DNA of 63,465 nucleotides, the filler included, from Octopus bimaculoides (lineage: Eukaryota), in the NCBI RefSeq assembly GCF_001194135.2. It is 8 parts of 6 records of this genome, joined end to end, with 100 filler letters (N's around TTAATTAATTAA, not from the genome) between each part and the next. Parts side by side here need not be neighbours in the genome. Positions count along the whole stretch, not along the records: positions 46,848 to 54,178 come from NC_068985.1; positions 54,279 to 58,171 come from NC_068995.1; positions 58,272 to 62,168 come from NC_068985.1; positions 62,269 to 63,465 come from NC_069006.1; 4 more parts are not named here. One strand, written 5' to 3'. The position numbers and the translations under genes are program-made. Under the pieces are notes generated by a model. That model was given only the letters and a program-made list of their open reading frames with translations, did not search any database and was not told the origin of the DNA. Positions 51,135-63,376 of the stretch are shown here, piece by piece (within the stretch, counting starts at the first letter, position 1; every line of letters starts with the position of its first letter).

Positions 51135-51408
51135 CGAGGTACGTTCAAAAAGTATCCAACTTCATTTTTTCCCACGAAAGCTAATGCTGCGTGGGCAAAA
51201 TCCTTTCAGTGGGAGGTGACGCCAGCCTTCCTGCGCATGCATGAAAATTTCCGCGCCGGTAGTTCCGGCCAGTTCCGGCTGTTACGCCTAGAGTACAGAC
51301 GTGTAGTACGTTCTCGTCGAATTGTCGTTTTCACTGAACGCATCGAGCATTTTTTTTTTGCCGAAAGATTTACTTTTGGCTCGAAAAATACTTTTTGAAC
51401 GTACCTCT
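51135..51408 (+). mobile_element. Mariner-derived non-autonomous element, 274 bp
   Basis: TIRs (C/A)GAGGTACGTTCAAAAAGTAT with TA at both ends. Confidence 0.88.
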
Positions 51409-51623
51409 TACACATGTATCGGTTGTAATCCAAAAGCTACTTTTGTAACGTTCCAGTAATAAACCTTATATCATATACAACAAGTAAAATGGTTATTCAT
51501 TTTATCTGCAACCAGTTTACACATTTGTTGACTCATTCACACAACTACATCCGTTTATATTTCGTTTATACACAACTGATGACTTCTAACGCTGATGAGT
51601 ACATTTGATTAAACTTATTACCA

Positions 51624-51974
51624 GTTGTTGGCACTCCGTCGCTTACGACGTCGAGGGTTCCAGTTGATCCGATCAACGGAACAGCCTGCTCGTGAAATTA
51701 ACGTGCAAGTGGCTAAGCACTCCACAGACACGTTTACCCTTAACGTAATTCTCAGGGATATTCAGCGTGGCACAGTGTGACAAGGCTGACCCTTTGAATT
51801 ACAGGCACAACAGAAAGTAAGAGAAAGTTATGGTGAAAGAGTACAGCAGGGTTCTCCGTGGAGCTTTAGGTGTTTTCGCTCAATAAACACTCACAACGCC
51901 CGGTCTGGGAATCGAAACCGCGATCCTATGACCGCGAGTCTGCTGCCTTAACCACTGGGCCATTGCGCCTCCAC
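51624..51974 (-). mobile_element. SINE family A with internal deletions
   Basis: Reverse complement of family A lacking short central segments. Confidence 0.9.
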
Positions 51975-53186
51975 CTAATTGCAGAATCCTTTAAAAACAA
52001 CTGTGTTAAAATCTGAAGTTCTTAAATTTACATCTTTAGGCTTGGAAAACCATTGGAATTTTTAATAATGAGCGAAAAATCATTTTATAACACGTTTGCC
52101 GTTCCTCGTTTTATTTTTCATATTCATTGGTACTAATCAATTTTCCTTTGCAAAATCCTTTAGAAACAAGACAGTTAAAATCTCAAGCTCCCAAATTTAT
52201 ATCTTCAGGCCCCACATCCACTTGAAACTTTGAAATTACGTGAAATGAAAAGACTTTTCGACTTTGTTTTCTTTGTTATTTTTAGCTAGCTGGACGCATG
52301 AAAAAATTCACAGACAATTTAAATATCGTCCAATGAATAGTTATCATTTAATCAAAATTGTTTAATTTGCACTATTTTGAGTAATGAAAAATCTATTATT
52401 CTTTATGTTATATTTATTAATAATATAAGTAAATATTAAGTTATTGCGTGAAAGTATATGTTAAATACATCCGTTACAGCACTTCCTTATATACAATATT
52501 TCTAGTGTAGGTGATTCCTCTTCTGCGACCGTAAGTGGATTCGTTTTGAGGTATCACTTTAACCCTCACTGTTCATCGTCCTTGCTCTTGAAAAAGCTAC
52601 GGTATTGGTTTATGAGTCATCACTAAATGTAAATAACACTAAATTTAACACGATCATTAATTTTAATACAATGGCCTAAAGTCAAGGTGCAAAGCAGAAA
52701 ACTTCACACACATTCGACGTACGTTCACACGCAACGAACGTTGCAGCGGGATTGGAAAGAAGTTCACACACTCGTTCTCTTTATAGTCAATGTGGAACAT
52801 CAAGATATTAGTCAATTGCATTGAAACTTGGTATGCAACCTCTTAAAGATACTATATTTACTGCTGTGCATTCTTTTACGTAGAAATATATATTCGCTAC
52901 GACTTATAGTCCATGAAATGCAAAATCTGACCAAAAATAGCGATTTTTTTAAATTTTCAATTGCGTTGCGGAGTCTGAAAAAATATTTAACCGCAAAGTT
53001 CTTTATATAGCTTTCTTTAAACCCTAATTCGCAACAAAATATCGATTTTTGGTTACCAATTTTGAAAGCTGCATTTTTAGCTCCACCTTACCGCCAATAA
53101 AACCTCAGAAACATCACTGATGATATATCTCACAGTACCTGTGAGACGTATCTTATAACCATCTATCTATCTATCTATCTATCTAT

Positions 53187-53418
53187 CTTATTTCTTTATT
53201 ACCCACAAGGGGCTAAACATAGAGGGAACAAACAAGAACAGACGAACGGATTAAGTCGATTACATCGACCCCAGTGCGTAACTGGTACTTAATTTATCGA
53301 CCCCGAAAGGATGAAAGGCAAAGTCGACCTCGGCGGAATTTGAACTCAGAACGTAACGGCAGACGAAATACCGCTAAGCATTTCGCCCGGCGTGCTAACG
53401 ATTCTGCCAGCTCGCCGC

Positions 53419-53420
<2 letters not shown>
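53187..53420 (-). mobile_element. SINE family B, near-consensus copy with alternative 3' tail, inside an (ATCT)n array
   Basis: (ATCT)n on both sides; tail matches 35330-35392. Confidence 0.92.
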
Positions 53421-53453
<33 letters not shown>

Positions 53454-53825
53454 ACTGTCTGCTTGTCTGTCTGTCTACCTAATGTATGTATATGTGTGCA
53501 CATGATGAAACATAAGGTCCCAGTCTGCTTATATATTGGACATATAAAAGGAAAGTCGTGGAACTTGAAACTTTGGTTCTATGGAAGGACTTATAATGAA
53601 GAGTGTTTTTGTTGGTGAACTCATGTGCCTGCATAAGAATGCGCACTTCTCTCTGCGCCTGTGTTCTGTCTGCCTGTCTGAAGGTATCTTTGCATGTCTG
53701 CGTGTGATTGCGTGTTATTCCACATGTGTGTGAAATTTGTCTGTTTGTGTGCGTCTGCGCCTCTCTTTCTCTCTCTTTCTTGGTGTTTGTGTGTGCTAGT
53801 GAGGGGAGTTGTATGTATATATGTA

Positions 53826-53894
<69 letters not shown>

Positions 53895-54070
53895 GCATGT
53901 GTGTGTGTGTGTGTGTGTGGTGTACAGCTGGCCTTGTTCGCCTCTGCAGAAGTAATGTACTTCCCGTAAATTATACTCACGCCATATTGATAACTTTTCC
54001 CAGAATTAAAGGGATGCATCTGCTAATATATCTGTTACTTATCAACACCAATAAATATATATACATACAT

Positions 54071-54125
<55 letters not shown>

Positions 54126-54329
54126 TAGATATATATATATGTATATATATATATATATGTATATATGTATATATATATNNNNNNNNNNNNNNNNNNNNNN
54201 NNNNNNNNNNNNNNNNNNNNNNTTAATTAATTAANNNNNNNNNNNNNNNNNNNNNNNNNNNNNNNNNNNNNNNNNNNNTCTTCACCAAGTGCCACATATT
54301 GTAAGAGGCTCCCTGTAATATCAGTGTAG

Positions 54330-54386
54330 CAACACGGTGGTGCATCAGCATGGCCGCAGCTCTAAGCTGAAACTTTAAAAAAAAAA

Positions 54387-54423
<37 letters not shown>

Positions 54424-54590
54424 TATATGGACAGACATACACGTACATGATGGGCTTCTACACTGTCTTCCGCCGACCAGATTTACTCACAAGGAATTGG
54501 TCATCTCGAGTCTAAAGTAGAGGACAGTTGCTGAACGTGCCATTCGGTGGGATTGAACCCGAACTTACATGTCTGCGAAGGAAACTTTCA
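54330..54590. mobile_element. SINE family C fragments (3' end on +, head on -)
   Basis: CAGCATGGCCGCAG; GATTTACTCACAAGG..GGGATTGAACCCG. Confidence 0.6.
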
Positions 54591-55074
54591 CTCTATATAC
54601 GTGTGTATACACATGCATAAATACCTACATAAATATATACACAATATGCATAAATACCTATATAAACATATACATTAATATATACACATATATACACAGA
54701 AAGTGAGAGTGGTCATATGAGAAAACGCAGATGAGAAGTCACTAGCAAAACCCAAAGAAGACAAAATGTCGGACTGACATTCAATCTCACTCAACAGACA
54801 AACTATAATCAGTCAGAGCGACATCAGTTTATTTTCTTTGTTCATTCAATCGTTCCGTTATTCTCTCATTCCATGATTCCCCCAGATAACATTTTAATGA
54901 GATTGAACTTACTCAGCTAAAACAAACTTAGTCTCTACCCCAACAACATCGCTTCACTTCGTCAGTCACGTGTCTCCTCAGTGGGTGGCAGCCACCAACT
55001 GGAAAACCTTCACCTTCAATTGTTGTTTCTACTTCAAAGACTTTTCTCGACATCAAAATAAATAATAAAGCCAT

Positions 55075-55602
55075 AGAATCATTATTTCTTCTACCGTCAT
55101 TGGACGGCGGTCATGCTGAAGCATGGTCTTCAACAAATTCATTCAGCCAAAATATAGAACGCTGAGTTTTGGATAAACCTCAGTGGATGTCTTTATCGAA
55201 TTGGAACGATTTAATACGTCTGTTGAGCTTAAATAACTTATCGCGATATTCTCTATCTCTGAACGTACATACGCAGGTACATACCTATCTTTAACCTATT
55301 GGTCTCTTTTGCTGAACTACTGTGCTGCGGGGACATAAACAAACCAGCATCGGTTGACAAGCGGTGTGTTGGAGGGGAAGAGATACCGACAAAACGCCTG
55401 CACGCAGATACACACACACACTCACACACACACACGTGTGTGTGTGTGTGTGTGCAACAAGCTTCTTTCAGTTCTCGTCTGCCAAATCCACTCGCAAGGC
55501 TTTGATCGACCCGGAGCTATAGCGGAAAAGATTTGCCCAAGGTTTCACACCGTGAGACTGAACCCAGAACCATGTGGTAGGGAAGCAAACTTCCTACCAC
55601 AC
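55075..55602 (-). mobile_element. SINE family C copy with internal (CA)n(TG)n
   Basis: GGTCATGCTGAAGCA ... GCCAAATCCACTCGCAAGGCTTTG..TTTGCCCAAGG..GAACCATGTGG. Confidence 0.75.
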
Positions 55603-55628
55603 ACACATATACTCACACAACGCACGTA

Positions 55629-55712
<84 letters not shown>

Positions 55713-55791
55713 GACATACACACACACACACGTACATAGACTTATATAAGCACACGTTTCACCAGGGACTATGGCTAGACTGATTGCTAGA

Positions 55792-56208
55792 TTAATCACT
55801 ACAATAATGGCTAGATTGCTTCAACGCACTTCTGCCATCTCCCCGGGGTTGGCTCTGGTGAAGTAGTGAACTTGATAAAGCTGCCTTCATTTTCATTTCT
55901 TCCCTTGATGTATGTTCATCAAATACAAACTGGCCTAAGTGTTCTTTCAACGCACCTACATTTACGCCTTGTAGATCTGAAGCATTTTGCAAGGAACTTA
56001 GATGCTGCAGCCCTTGCACCCAAAGCTCTATCAGTATTCGGTCCTTAATCGAGATGTAAAGAGTGAGATAATTGGTACTATACAGTGGATGCGATGTAAC
56101 GGTCATAATTTCGAGCAGTAATCCAACCGACTTCTCCATAGTATCTTTTCTCTTGAACTGATTCATCTCAAAATTAAACCTGACATTCGCTTGTATATTG
56201 TTGTCGTT
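55792..56208 (-). CDS. Candidate unidentified coding exon (139 open codons, non-repetitive)
   Basis: MNQFKRKD...ELWVQGLQHL...SHYCSD*; W..GL..L resembles a PH-domain terminal helix; no homolog recognised; length alone is not significant. Confidence 0.3.
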   Translation of the reverse strand, partial: NDNNIQANVRFNFEMNQFKRKDTMEKSVGLLLEIMTVTSHPLYSTNYLTLYISIKDRILIELWVQGLQHLSSLQNASDLQGVNVGALKEHLGQFVFDEHTSREEMKMKAALSSSLLHQSQPRGDGRSALKQSSHYCSD

Positions 56209-57280
56209 TTAGTTAACACGAACAAGGCATGATGCATCATTGCTCATGTGGATTCCATGGTCACGAATCCATTGCGATATTGGGATTGCCAAACTCTTAG
56301 TCCTGTGTATTCTGATTGTAAGCAATTTATGGGTCGATAATGAAGTACTCCACATACACACATTATATATGCAAGTGTGGGTGTGTGCATGCGTACGTGC
56401 GCCCACAAACTAAACATGTATACTTTGAAAGCAACTCCTTGCTGTACACTGTGAGTTAGCTTTTCTTCCTCTGTTGTGTATATCACAATGTCCGTTTTTC
56501 TGAACGTTTATCTGTCCGTTAAGTTTATAGTCAAATTTATACGTCTGCTGGTTACCGAGGGATTCAATCCATTTTCAGTAACTTGAGGAATCTAATACTT
56601 CAATCAGAATATCTTTAGCGAAACACAACCATTAATGTCGCGCATATTTCCATTACAATGCGGATCTGAAGTTAACTCCATCTTCTACATTTTTTTAATT
56701 ATTTTAGTATTATTTTGCACAATACAGAGTTATGTTACAACCTTAAAAGTTTCATAATTTTATCAATAACTGTTGAGTAATTTATGTATGACATACGACC
56801 TCACTATTTATGTTGTAACCTGTGTACGTCTGTACACATACATACATAGACACATTTATATGCACCAACACATTTATATATATATATATATATATNNNNN
56901 NNNNNNNNNNNNNNNNNNNNNNNNNNNNNNNNNNNNNNNNNNNNNNNNNNNNNNNNNNNNNNNNNNNNNNNNNNNNNNNNNNNNNNNNNNNNNNNNNNNN
57001 NNNNNNNNNNNNNNNNNNNNNNNNNNNNNNNNNNNNNNNNNNNNNNNNNNNNNNNNNNNNNNNNNNNNNNNNNNNNNNNNNNNNNNNNNNNNNNNNNNNN
57101 NNNNNNNNNNNNNNNNNNNNNNNNNNNNNNNNNNNNNNNNNNNNNNNNNNNNNNNNNNNNNNNNNNNNNNNNNNNNNNNNNNNNNNNNNNNNNNNNNNNN
57201 NNNNNNNNNNNNNNNNNNNNNNNNNNNNNNNNNNNNNNNNNNNNNNNNNNNNNNNNNNNNNNNNNNNNNNNNNNNNNNNN

Positions 57281-57323
<43 letters not shown>

Positions 57324-57795
57324 CATTCATTCAGTCTTTTGGTGACATTTGAAGTTCGTTCGTTCCAGTTGTTATGTGACTTCCATGGAAAAAAAAGTAT
57401 ATCTATTAAAATGCAATTATCAACCACATACAAGCCTCAACCACCATTTTCGAATGTTCAATCAATAGTCCTTGCCTTAAAACATTGTCGTGCTATTTAT
57501 TACGATCTCATTACAACTTTATATTTATTTATTTTCTTACACTTTACCCTATCTATAAATTTACCTATTTATCTCTCTAGCTATCTATCTTTCAAGTAAA
57601 CTATTTATGCGTCTATCTTTCTTAGATATTTCTTTCTTTGCTTATATAGATGTTCATAAATTATGCAGAGAGACTTAATGAAATATGTATGCTTGTATTT
57701 ACGTGCGTTTGTTTGTACGCATATCTATAGGTTTATATTCATGCATGTATATATTTTTGCATAACGTATTTATGAACAAAGTTTGTATGATTGCA

Positions 57796-57855
<60 letters not shown>

Positions 57856-58137
57856 CATATATATATAAATATATATATATGTATGTATACACACACACAC
57901 ACACACGTCCCCTCGAACAATTTTATCTTTGATTTCCATTTCCGATATTTCTATCAAATAATGTTCTGAAGTTTCACATGTACAATTATAGACAGCAATA
58001 CACATATATACGTACAAACATAATATATGCATGTATATGTGTATGTATGTATGTATGTATGTATGTATGTATGTATGTATGTATATATATATGTATGTAT
58101 GTATGTATGTATATATATATGTATATATATATGTATG

Positions 58138-58169
<32 letters not shown>

Positions 58170-58271
58170 TANNNNNNNNNNNNNNNNNNNNNNNNNNNNN
58201 NNNNNNNNNNNNNNNTTAATTAATTAANNNNNNNNNNNNNNNNNNNNNNNNNNNNNNNNNNNNNNNNNNNN

Positions 58272-58456
58272 ACCTGAAAGAAAATGGCTGATTAGAAGAC
58301 TACAGATTCAAGCCATCAATGGAACTGTAAAGATATGTAAAACTTTCCAAAAATTTAGCACATAAATACATATGCATGCATCTAGACATGAAAATATATA
58401 CATAAAAACGCATCCATAAAACAAACATACAAATCTGCGCATACACTAACACCAAA

Positions 58457-58490
<34 letters not shown>

Positions 58491-59917
58491 GCACAAATAC
58501 CTAGATGATGTTGATAAAAGTTCCAATGAAGGAGCCTTGAATCTATGTTAGAGTCCGGCTCTTTCTCTATGGACAAGAAATACAGAAATGAAACTGATTG
58601 ATAACATACATACATACATGCATACATTATCAGTCGCACATACATAGTGCATGCTTTTTGTTTATACGCCAAGTCAGTTGCGGGATAGCGTCTGGGGAAA
58701 GCTCTCCACACGACACTGAGTGTTAAAAACAGTTGAACATCATAAACCAGGCGAGACAACTCACCACGGAATCACGGAGAATAGTAGATACCGATATTTC
58801 GCCATTATTAAGCTTATCAATACCAAATACTCGGACCATCTCAAGACGAAGTGAATCGCTGGTCTGACTTATGTGCAAATGGAGTGAAGTCTATTTGTTG
58901 ATGTGCTGCGGCGCAACACATGTGAAAGAAAATGAAAAATACGAACTAAAAGCAGCTCTAGTAATGTAAACATTATCGGTCGTATATATAGTATAGTGTA
59001 TGTGTTTTGTTTATACGCCAATTTTGCTATGAGATAGCGTCTGGGTAAAGCTCTTTATACTTACATACATATAATATTCTTACATATACATACAAACATA
59101 NNNNNNNNNNNNNNNNNNNNNNNNNNNNNNNNNNNNNNNNNNNNNNNNNNNNNNNNNNNNNNNNNNNNNNNNNNNNNNNNNNNNNNNNNNNNNNNNNNNN
59201 TCTAGATATGCAAGTGTATGCATGAGAAGACATACATAAAACAAAGCATACAAATCTGCACGTATACACACATATAAACATACATACATACATGCATACA
59301 TACATACATACATACATACATAAAAATATACCCTGTTGATATTGAAATTCCAATGAAGGAGTCTTGTATCTAGATTAGAAACCAGCTCTTTCTCTATTGA
59401 CAAGAAATCTTGAAATAAGACTGAATAATGACATACACGTGTGTATGCGCATGTGTGTATATGTGAATTCATGCGGGCAAAAGGTGAAAAAAAACTGTAC
59501 TGGAATATCTTTGTTGCAAATGTTATGTCTGTCAACATGCACATAGACCAGTTATGCTTTTGACATTTATTCAACTTTACTCGTTTATTTTTTATGATAT
59601 TGCTTATGGTCAACCGTTTTAGTTCAGATTGCCTTAGATTTTGAGATGTCCTAACACCGTGACCAATTACGTTTAAATGTTTGTTTGATGATTTCCCAAA
59701 TAATTATCACTGCAGTATTTCTAAACATTTATAAACGATTGTATTATTTTAAAAATTAACTTCTCTGATGACCACTGACTAGAAGCTCAGAGTAACAGTT
59801 TGTGGAGATTTTCAGCTTCAATAAAAATCTATATCAATACACGCGCGCACCCCCCCCCCACACTCCCACACACAATCATATGCATTTATATACATACACA
59901 CATTAGCACGCACACAT

Positions 59918-59949
<32 letters not shown>

Positions 59950-60265
59950 TGTATGTATGTCATTAATCAGTTTAATTTCAAGATTTCTTACCAACAGAGA
60001 AGGATCCGATTTGTAACCTAGATTCAAGGCTCCGTCATTGGAATTTCAGTAACATCAACAGGGTATGTTTGCATCTATGTGTGTATATGTGCAGCATTTG
60101 AAGTTAGTGTATGTGCACATGTATATAGTTGCATGCCTAGACATACGCATATATACTTAAATGATAAACATTTGGAAAGTTTTTACAAATTTTGACTGTT
60201 CCAGTGATGGACTGGATCTGTAATCTCCGAATCAGCTTTCTCCTTTCTGGTTTTGAGAAGCCTAA
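58272..60265. repeat. Three copies of an unclassified repeat of about 300 bp (58272-58600 +, 59200-59430 +, 59990-60265 -)
   Basis: Shared core GTTGAT..AATTCCAATGAAGGAGCCTTG.ATCTA.GTTAGA..CCGGCTCTTTCTCT. Confidence 0.8.
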
Positions 60266-60300
60266 TGTAAGTACGTATGTACGTATGTAAGTGTGTGTGA

Positions 60301-60335
<35 letters not shown>

Positions 60336-60676
60336 NNNNNNNNNNNNNNNNNNNNNNNNNNNNNNNNNNNNNNNNNNNNNNNNNNNNNNNNNNNNNNNNN
60401 NNNNNNNNNNNNNNNNNNNNNNNNNNNNNNNNNNNNNNNNNNNNNNNNNNNNNNNNNNNNNNNNNNNNNNNNNNNNNNNNNNNNNNNNNNNNNNNNNNNN
60501 NNNNNNNNNNNNNNNNNNNNNNNNNNNNNNNNNNNNNNNNNNNNNNNNNNNNNNNNNNNNNNNNNNNNNNNNNNNNNNNNNNNNNNNNNNNNNNNNNNNN
60601 NNNNNNNNNNNNNNNNNNNNNNNNNNNNNNNNNNNNNNNNNNNNNNNNNNNNNNNNNNNNNNNNNNNNNNNNNNNN

Positions 60677-61379
60677 GCTATGAGGAAATTTGAAACTATC
60701 AAACGTAACGATAGGAATGGGATTTGCCCACTTTATAGGAACAAGTCATGGAACACCATTGAAAGGATTAAGAAGAAAATAGGGAAGGCCAACTCATGGT
60801 ATGTTAGCCACAAATACCAGAGCGTCATGTTCATCGACACCACTCCTAGAGGCGAACAGGCATACCGCTTTAGAAGGGCCCTAGACAAATTTAAGCTAAG
60901 AATAATGGTTGTTGAAAGGCCAGGCCACCCTATTAAATCCCTTATCGGTAGAACCTACCCTTTTAGTAGAACCCCCTGTACTGATAGGAACTGTACTGTA
61001 TGTAGATTTAGCCCACAACCAAACTGTAAAGCCAGAAATGTAGCCTATAGTATAAGATGTACAAGGGACGATGCAGTAACAAGACAACTACGTACTTATG
61101 GGGAAACGGCACGGAGCATAGGAGAGCGGGTAAATGAGGCATTGGAGGGAACTTAAGGAAGAGAAGAGCTCATCAGTTCTGTACCAGCACGCTGAGCAGG
61201 AACACAGAGGCTCACTCAACAACATAGAAGTTAAAATCTTGTCCACACATAGGACAGACGCAACGCTTAGACAAATTACAGAAGCTACACACATAATAGA
61301 AGATAAACCTAGCCTGAATAGCAAACTGGAATGGAACACTAGCACACACCCCAACACACTACAACATATGACAGAATAA
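60677..61379 (+). mobile_element. Penelope-like element C-terminus with GIY-YIG endonuclease, one frameshift at about 61140
   Basis: PLYR..W...ER, C...C..C......C.ARNVAYSIRC, YGETARSIGER, LYQHAEQEH, RQITEA.HI....P.LNSK.EWN. Confidence 0.85.
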
Positions 61380-61758
61380 AATCCCCATAAACTGGTAATA
61401 ATATGAACAAAATATAATACAATACACAGATAAACAAATGGAATTAAATAACTATATTCGTTAACAAAGTTTTTAAAAATTAAATTAAATACAAACAAAA
61501 AAAAAGAAAGAATAGAAAAAATGATAATAAGTAGGCATAAACACATGAACAAATAAATAAAAACAAATTAAACGAACGTGTATAAACAGGAGATACAGAT
61601 AATACAGGCACTCCCCATATACACACACGCATTTACTAAACATAGACACATATGGGGATACGCATGCGCAAATAAAGACACATACAATAGGAATACAAAA
61701 TACAAAATGGCTGATCGTTAGTAAGGAAAGACATACAAATAGGAAAGAAGAAAGCAAA

Positions 61759-61803
61759 GGACCACTGATGAGGTCACAGAAGTGTGACGAAAGAACTCTG
61801 GCC
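61759..61803 (+). ncRNA. Type I minimal hammerhead ribozyme with intact core
   Basis: GGACCA-CUGAUGA-G-GUCACA(GAAG)UGUGAC-GAAA-G(AA)C-UC|UGGCC; stems I, II and III pair. Confidence 0.7.
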
Positions 61804-62011
61804 GAAATACGATAAATGTAAAATAAAACTGAAGCAAATTAACACCAAATATATAGTGCGTGTGTTTTTATTGGCTAAACTGGCAACATGACCATCCCCA
61901 AATACAACAATATATGGCTTCCACATACATATATAGCTTCCACAATGTAACCTCGTGGATATCGGTGGCGATTTTTTCTTCCTCCGTTTTTCCCTTCTTT
62001 GGACTTTCTTT

Positions 62012-62046
62012 ATTTCCGACGAAGAGCTCCGCTCGAAACCTCAAAT
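62012..62046 (+). ncRNA. Variant or degenerate type I hammerhead motif
   Basis: AUUU-CCGACGA-A-GAGC(UCC)GCUC-GAAA-CC-UC|AAAU; core U4 replaced by C. Confidence 0.5.
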
Positions 62047-62268
62047 TCTCTTTCTTTCCTTTCCCGAGCGTCTAGAACACAATCTGTATCTCGTCCTCAC
62101 GTTGTTGTTTTTTGTTGTTGTTTCTTATTTGTCTTTTTCCTTTTTGTCTTTTTTTCCTTTTTTGAACCNNNNNNNNNNNNNNNNNNNNNNNNNNNNNNNN
62201 NNNNNNNNNNNNTTAATTAATTAANNNNNNNNNNNNNNNNNNNNNNNNNNNNNNNNNNNNNNNNNNNN

Positions 62269-62700
62269 GAGAGAGAGTAACAGAGAGAGAGAGAGAGAGA
62301 GTAACAGAGAGAGAGAGAGAGAGTAACAGAGAGAGAGAGAGAGAGAGAGTAACAGAAAGAGAGAGAGAGAGTAACAGAGAGAGGGAGAGAGAGAGTAACA
62401 GAGAGAGAGAGTAAGAGAGAGAGAGTAACATAGAGAGAGAGTAACAGAGAGAGAGAGAGTAACAGAGAGGGAGAGAGTAACAGAGAGAGAGAGTAACAGA
62501 GAGAGAGAGAGTAACAGAGAGAGAGAGTAACAGAGAGAGAGAGAGTAACAGAGAGAGAGAGTAACAGAGAGAGAGAGAGTAACAGAGAGAGAGAGTAACA
62601 GAGAGAGAGAGTAACAGAGAGAGAGAGAGAGTAACAGAGAGAGAGAGTAACAGAGAGAGAGAGAGAATAACAGAGAGAGAGAGAGTAACACAGAGGGGTA
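62269..62700. repeat. (GA)n-GTAACA compound minisatellite, about 20+ units
   Basis: GTAACA recurs every 16-26 bp, spaced by variable GA runs. Confidence 0.95.
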
Positions 62701-63376
62701 GAGACAGAATAATAGGGAGAGTGAGAGAGAGAGAGAGAAAGAGAGAGAGGGGGCGAGAGACAGGCATACAGAGAGAAAGAGAGAGAGAGAGAGGTAAATG
62801 TGAGTGCAGTGTAAATGTGTTAGCGCGTATATGAGATTGTGAGTGAATGCCGAGTGTTGTTCGCTCGGTGGAGACCAGTGAGTGAACGCGCAAGATCAAA
62901 CTTGGCGTTCTTACATTTTTTTCATTATTGTTATTTATTTCTTCATCATTACAACATGTAGAAAAAGCTGTGAGCCGTAAAGATAAGTTCCTTACGAATC
63001 CCAGTTACACACTTCCTTTTATTTTAGACTTAAGTCGTTAATGCCACCACTCCTCTTTCTCTCATCCCCCTTCTCTCTCACTCTACATCACGTGTAGGGC
63101 ACCTCACAACACACAACCTCGTTTCTACCTCTCAACTCGCTCAACGAACATCTAACCCCTATTAAGTATGATGCTTATTTTGTTTTATATTTATATTCTA
63201 TATATTATTTTTTTTTATTCCTTTATTTTATTTATATGTATTTATGTACTTATTTATATATTTATAGCTGGAGATCGGTATGTTGATGTTGGCTACTGAA
63301 CTTCTCAGCAACGAACGAACCCAAATAAAATGTATTATTCTATCATGTTTCCAATTAAAAACAGCAGAGTCCATAC

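Noticed and set aside
53117-53146. CTGATGA followed by a perfect 8-bp hairpin (TCTCACAG/CTGTGAGA)
   Set aside because: No GAAA core, stem II misplaced and no stem I: not a hammerhead
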